Positions 60,635-64,000 of a stretch of 64,000 bases of DNA are shown in pieces; within the stretch, counting starts at the first letter, position 1; each line of letters starts with the position of its first letter. The translations under genes and the position numbers were made by a program. The DNA comes from Octopus sinensis. Its lineage: Eukaryota. Below the pieces are notes generated by a model, which had not been told where the DNA came from, made no database searches, and saw only the letters and a program-made list of their open reading frames with translations. The stretch is from assembly GCF_006345805.1 (NCBI RefSeq), contig NC_043002.1, forward strand, positions 55,614,001-55,678,000, read 5' to 3'.

Positions 60635-60797
60635 TGTTGGCTGTATTGTAAGTAGCCTGCTTACCAACCACATGGTTCTGGGTTCACTCCCACTGCGTGG
60701 CACCTTGCGTAAGTGTCTTCTACTATAGCCTCCGGCCGACCAATGCCTTATGAGTGGATTTGGTAGACGGAAACTGAAAGAAGCCCATCATGTATGC

Positions 60798-60868
<71 letters not shown>

Positions 60869-61080
60869 ATATGTTTGTGTGTGTGTTTTTGTCCCTTCAC
60901 CATCACTTGACAACCAATGCTGGTGTATTTACGTCCTTGCAACTTAGGTTCGGCAAAAAGAGACCGATAGAATAAGTACTAGGCTTCCAAAGAATAAGTC
61001 CTGGGGTCGATTTGTTCGACTAAAGGCAGTGCTCCAGCATGGCCGCAGTCAAATGACTGAAACAAGTAAAAGAATAAAAG
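60635..61080 (+). mobile_element. SINE family B full copy
   Basis: Head, internal (GT)n, tail AAAGGCAGTGCTCCAGCATGGCCGCAGTCAAATGACTGAAACAAG. Confidence 0.85.
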
Positions 61081-61869
61081 AATATATACATAACTACATG
61101 TGTTTGTGTGTGTCTGTGTCTGTGTGCATGTGTGTATGTGTGAGCATGCGCGCGTGTATGTATGAGTGTGAAGGGGTAGGAAGAGAGAGACAAGTGAAAG
61201 AGAAACAGGTTGCAATCCAGTTGCTGTAAAGCTAAACGTGATATGTCCGTGCTATTTCCGATTTTCCTTGTCATTGCAGAATGTAATTATAAACGCCATG
61301 ACGACAATGGGGAAGATGCCGACGGTCATCTTAATAACGAAGATGATAATTCGAGAATGAATCCAGGCTAGTAATTTCAGCATAATTGTGGATTTTGTGG
61401 ACATTATCTCTTTTGTATTCTCTAAGAAGATTAGAAAAATCTAGGAACAAGCATCCAAGGGAACGATCACTTAACCAAGAGACATTTAACATACACTGAC
61501 CAAAGAAACAAGAACGTATTAAGTGTTTGCTTTAGAACTTGGCTTTGAAGCGTTTGGGATTTTTCGGAATTTTACTAATTTTAAGAAGGAAAGTTCTATA
61601 AGTGGAATTTACAAAAACAAGAAAAAATTCGAAAGGTGAATAAATTATAACATGGGAAATGTGAATGGCCAAGGTAAGGAAATATTTTTATATTTCTGTA
61701 TAATTGTTGTTTTTGTAAATGTGTGATGTCATTGAAGTGTAAACCTTTTTTCTATTATTATTAACGAGAGAAGGGGCGTAGTTGATTGTTCCTCATATAA
61801 AGTGCCTGTGAGAATTGAAAAATGAGAACAGCATCTTTTTACTTTTCAACTTTTTTTTGTTTGAGTCAG

Positions 61870-62370
<501 letters not shown>

Positions 62371-62604
62371 GCGCCTATCATTAAATTAATTATATATTTT
62401 AATGACGTAATGATGTTTTCGCAACATCATAATGATGTTTTATGCTATTGAAACAGCTGTTGAGCACAATTAAATTACAAACTATACGCTTTCAGTTTTT
62501 TATTCTAAATATCATTAGAATTATGGAGAACATCGTTAAGGCTTCATTTGCATTCAGGGTCTATATTTTACCTGAAGTGTTTCTTTTTTTTCTGTACTTC
62601 AACA

Positions 62605-62801
62605 AAATCCAAGGCTGTGAAATATTTTAGAACATTTATAAATAGGTCTTACAGCTGTTTCCAGGGTATTTTATATATCCCTTCATTGGAGACGGTGTGA
62701 GAAAATGGTTAAGCCATAGTTATTTTAGATAAGATATGAAATAGAGAGTGAAGTGGAGGAATTTATAAATGTTCTAAAATCTTTCACAGCCTTGGAATTT
62801 T
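62605..62801. mobile_element. Short inverted repeat pair enclosing an HHR-like motif (62646-62693, minus)
   Basis: Arms CCAAGGCTGTGAAA.ATTTTAGAACATTTATAAAT mirrored at 62761-62801; GTCT-CCAATGA-AGGG..CCCT-G-GAAA-CAGCTG-TA-AGAC. Confidence 0.6.
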
Positions 62802-62983
62802 ATCTCATTCTGCAAATTTTTATATATACACATGCTGATATATGACCTACGTTGGACTCCTCATTCGCATAATCACCGAACCTGGAGCTTAACTATAGTC
62901 TGTCCATAGCACTGACTCAGCATTACCTGACACCTTTGGGTCTTATTGACACCATTACTCCTCATAATCTCTATGTATATATG

Positions 62984-63025
<42 letters not shown>

Positions 63026-63055
63026 AGACAGAGAGAGAGAGACAGACAGACAGAC

Positions 63056-63088
<33 letters not shown>

Positions 63089-63109
63089 GAGAAAGATGTA
63101 TGTAAGTGT

Positions 63110-63310
63110 GTATTTGTGTGTCTGTGTTTGTCCCCACAATGTCGCTTGACGCCCAATGATGGCATTTTTACATCCCCGTGACCTAGCGGTTTGGCAAGAT
63201 AATGTACTAGGCTTACAAAGAATAAACCCTGAGGGTCAATTCTTTCGACTAAAGGCGGTGCCCCAGCATGGCTGCTGTCAAACGACTGAAACAAGTAAAA
63301 GAAATAAAAG
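63110..63310 (+). mobile_element. SINE family B 3' half
   Basis: Tail to GGCGGTGCCCCAGCATGGC..GACTGAAACAAG. Confidence 0.8.
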
Positions 63311-63691
63311 AAAAATAAAAGAAATACTATGTTGAATGTTAGTCACAGGATCACATTTAAATATTACGAGCAAAACAAAAACATTGGTGAGAACTAACCG
63401 GTCACAGAAAGATAAGGATAAGGAATTTAAAAAAAAAGGAACTGGAAGATGTTTTCTTTTTGTTTGTTCTGTTTTTTATTGGCTAGATATCAGTTTCTGT
63501 ATCGGTAAAAGGATTTCATAGCTGTGTTCTTTGTAAACGATTTGTTGTTCTTGAAGCATACCAATTCCATCCGCTATTCAGCTATCCTTCTATTGTTTTA
63601 TCAGTATAAAAGTCTGTTGCCCACTAGATCATAGCAAGCCAGATTTTCGTGTCTAGGGGCTCAGGTATCAGATACCTCATTAACCAGTGAT

Positions 63692-63737
<46 letters not shown>

Positions 63738-63814
63738 TACACGTGATACACAGATGTTTTCAGTGGCTTATATTCCACGTCTTACTATATTATATATATA
63801 TATATATATATATA

Positions 63815-64000
63815 GTCTTCCAGGCAATAACAGAGGAATTCAAGACAGGATGCCCCTAGGAGCTCCTCTATGCTGATGAACTTGCTTTAATTGCTTAGTC
63901 ACTATCAGAACTCGAGGAAAAGTTTCAGTTGTGGAAACAAGGATTAGAATCGAAAGGCCTTAGAGTCAACCTGGCTAAAACCAAAGCCCTAATAAGTAGG
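63815..64000 (+). mobile_element. RTE-clade RT fragment (runs off the window)
   Basis: EEFKTGCP*ELLYADELALIA*SLSELEEKFQLWKQGLESKGLRVNLAKTK. Confidence 0.88.

Overview
AT-rich, repeat-saturated eukaryotic DNA with no recognisable host protein-coding gene. The SINE families and microsatellite load resemble Octopus genomes (inference from memory, not verified). The window is a mosaic of decayed transposons. Non-LTR retrotransposons include several R4/Dong-type REL fragments, a HERO-like REL piece, Tx1/L1, CR1, RTE and Penelope-like elements (PLEs). DNA transposons include a mariner, hAT and Harbinger MITEs, and autonomous and non-autonomous Helitrons. There are at least four tRNA-derived SINE families and extensive (TA)n, (CA)n, (GATA)n, (CATA)n and (GAA)n tracts. 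All long ORFs in the ORF track other than the TE remnants are microsatellite artefacts. The most interesting signal is at RNA level: about 15 minimal type-I hammerhead ribozyme (HHR) motifs folded by eye, mostly in PLE pseudo-LTRs and often arranged as inverted pairs. They include canonical cores, a U3-A8 covariant group, a non-canonical-core group with covarying stem I, and one HHR inside a SINE-like element. Other highlights are a PLE with a ~3 kb CA-rich 3' region present in two copies, a CR1 LINE sharing a covarying 3' stem-loop with a CORE-type SINE, and a SINE family that forms fixed-junction multimers and appears to target TATTTC-like motifs, including its own. TE boundaries are approximate (about 10-30 bp) unless TIRs or TSDs are quoted. 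All folds and alignments were done by eye.
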